From positions 393,390,001 to 393,454,000 of the forward strand of contig OZ024741.1 of the NCBI GenBank assembly GCA_964016885.1: 64,000 nt of DNA. The letters are read 5' to 3'. A program made the translations under genes and the position numbers. The stretch's first letter is position 1; every line of letters begins with the position of its first letter. Positions 63,418-64,000 of this stretch are shown piece by piece. The notes beneath the pieces are model-generated. The model saw only the letters and a list, made by a program, of their open reading frames with translations. It made no database searches and was not told where the DNA came from. The DNA is from Eledone cirrhosa. Taxonomy: Eukaryota.

Positions 63418-63975
63418 TCATCATCATCGTTTTACGTCCACTTTTCCCTGTTTGCAAGGGTGGGACGGGTCCTATTCAGCACAGCATCTCTCCACTTGTC
63501 ACGGTCCTTTGTCATCTCCTCTGTAAGCTTCAGCGATCTGAGGTCCACTCTCACCACTGCCACCCATGGTTTTCGTGGTCTTCCTCTACTGCGTCTTCCT
63601 TCTACTGGCATTTCTTTACCCAGTGGTCATCCTACATGCACATCACATGTCCATACCATCCCATCGCAGTCTCCTCTCCCGCACACTACAATTTATCCCT
63701 CTCAGACACAGTTTCTCTCTCAACTCATCTATACTTGGTCGTTCACGCACATTGACATTGTACATCCAACGGAGCATGCTTGCTTCATTTCTCTCCAGCC
63801 ATCGCATATCCTCTGCAGTTGCTGCCCATGTCTCACTACCATGCAGCATCACGTATCTCACACAGGCATCATATAACCAGCCTTTCGTATGCTGGGAGAA
63901 ACCCTTCTTTGTCAACAGAAGAAGCAGCTCCCTAAACTTCTTCCAATCCGTCCTTATTCTAGATACTATGGCCTC
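63418..63975 (-). mobile_element. RTE-type LINE 3' end
   Basis: RIRTDWKKFRELLLLLT...VMLHGSETWA...LERNEASMLRWM...RRLRW; (GAT)n tail. Confidence 0.9.
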
Positions 63976-64000
63976 GGACCCCCCCCCCCTCTCCCCCTCC

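Overview
AT-rich, intron-rich eukaryotic DNA whose SINE/LINE content looks like a coleoid cephalopod, probably an octopod (inference). One host gene is well supported: a + strand galectin with coding exons at 47560-47619, 48906-48994, 51136-51346, 55920-56036 and 62879-62932. It encodes one complete carbohydrate-recognition domain (CRD) plus a linker and continues past the window, so it is probably a tandem-repeat type. There are weak signs of a - strand spliced transcript and of a promoter near 33 kb. Most of the rest is mobile DNA: RTE, Tx1/L1, R4/Dong and CRE LINE remnants, a full-length but defective CsRn1-clade Gypsy element, a second gag-less LTR element, two solo LTRs, a DD37D/maT Tc1-mariner, a hAT MITE, non-autonomous Helitrons, Penelope-like elements, tRNA-derived SINEs and microsatellites. 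Highlights: (1) three hammerhead ribozymes with intact cores, two of them with long stem-II insertions, one lying sense inside a galectin intron, and one a U3/A8 variant; (2) a 13-bp motif AGTTAYNNCCCTT shared by unrelated TE classes; (3) LTRs ending TG...AA; (4) long intronic inverted repeats upstream of the galectin linker exon. All calls are by eye; no database search was run.
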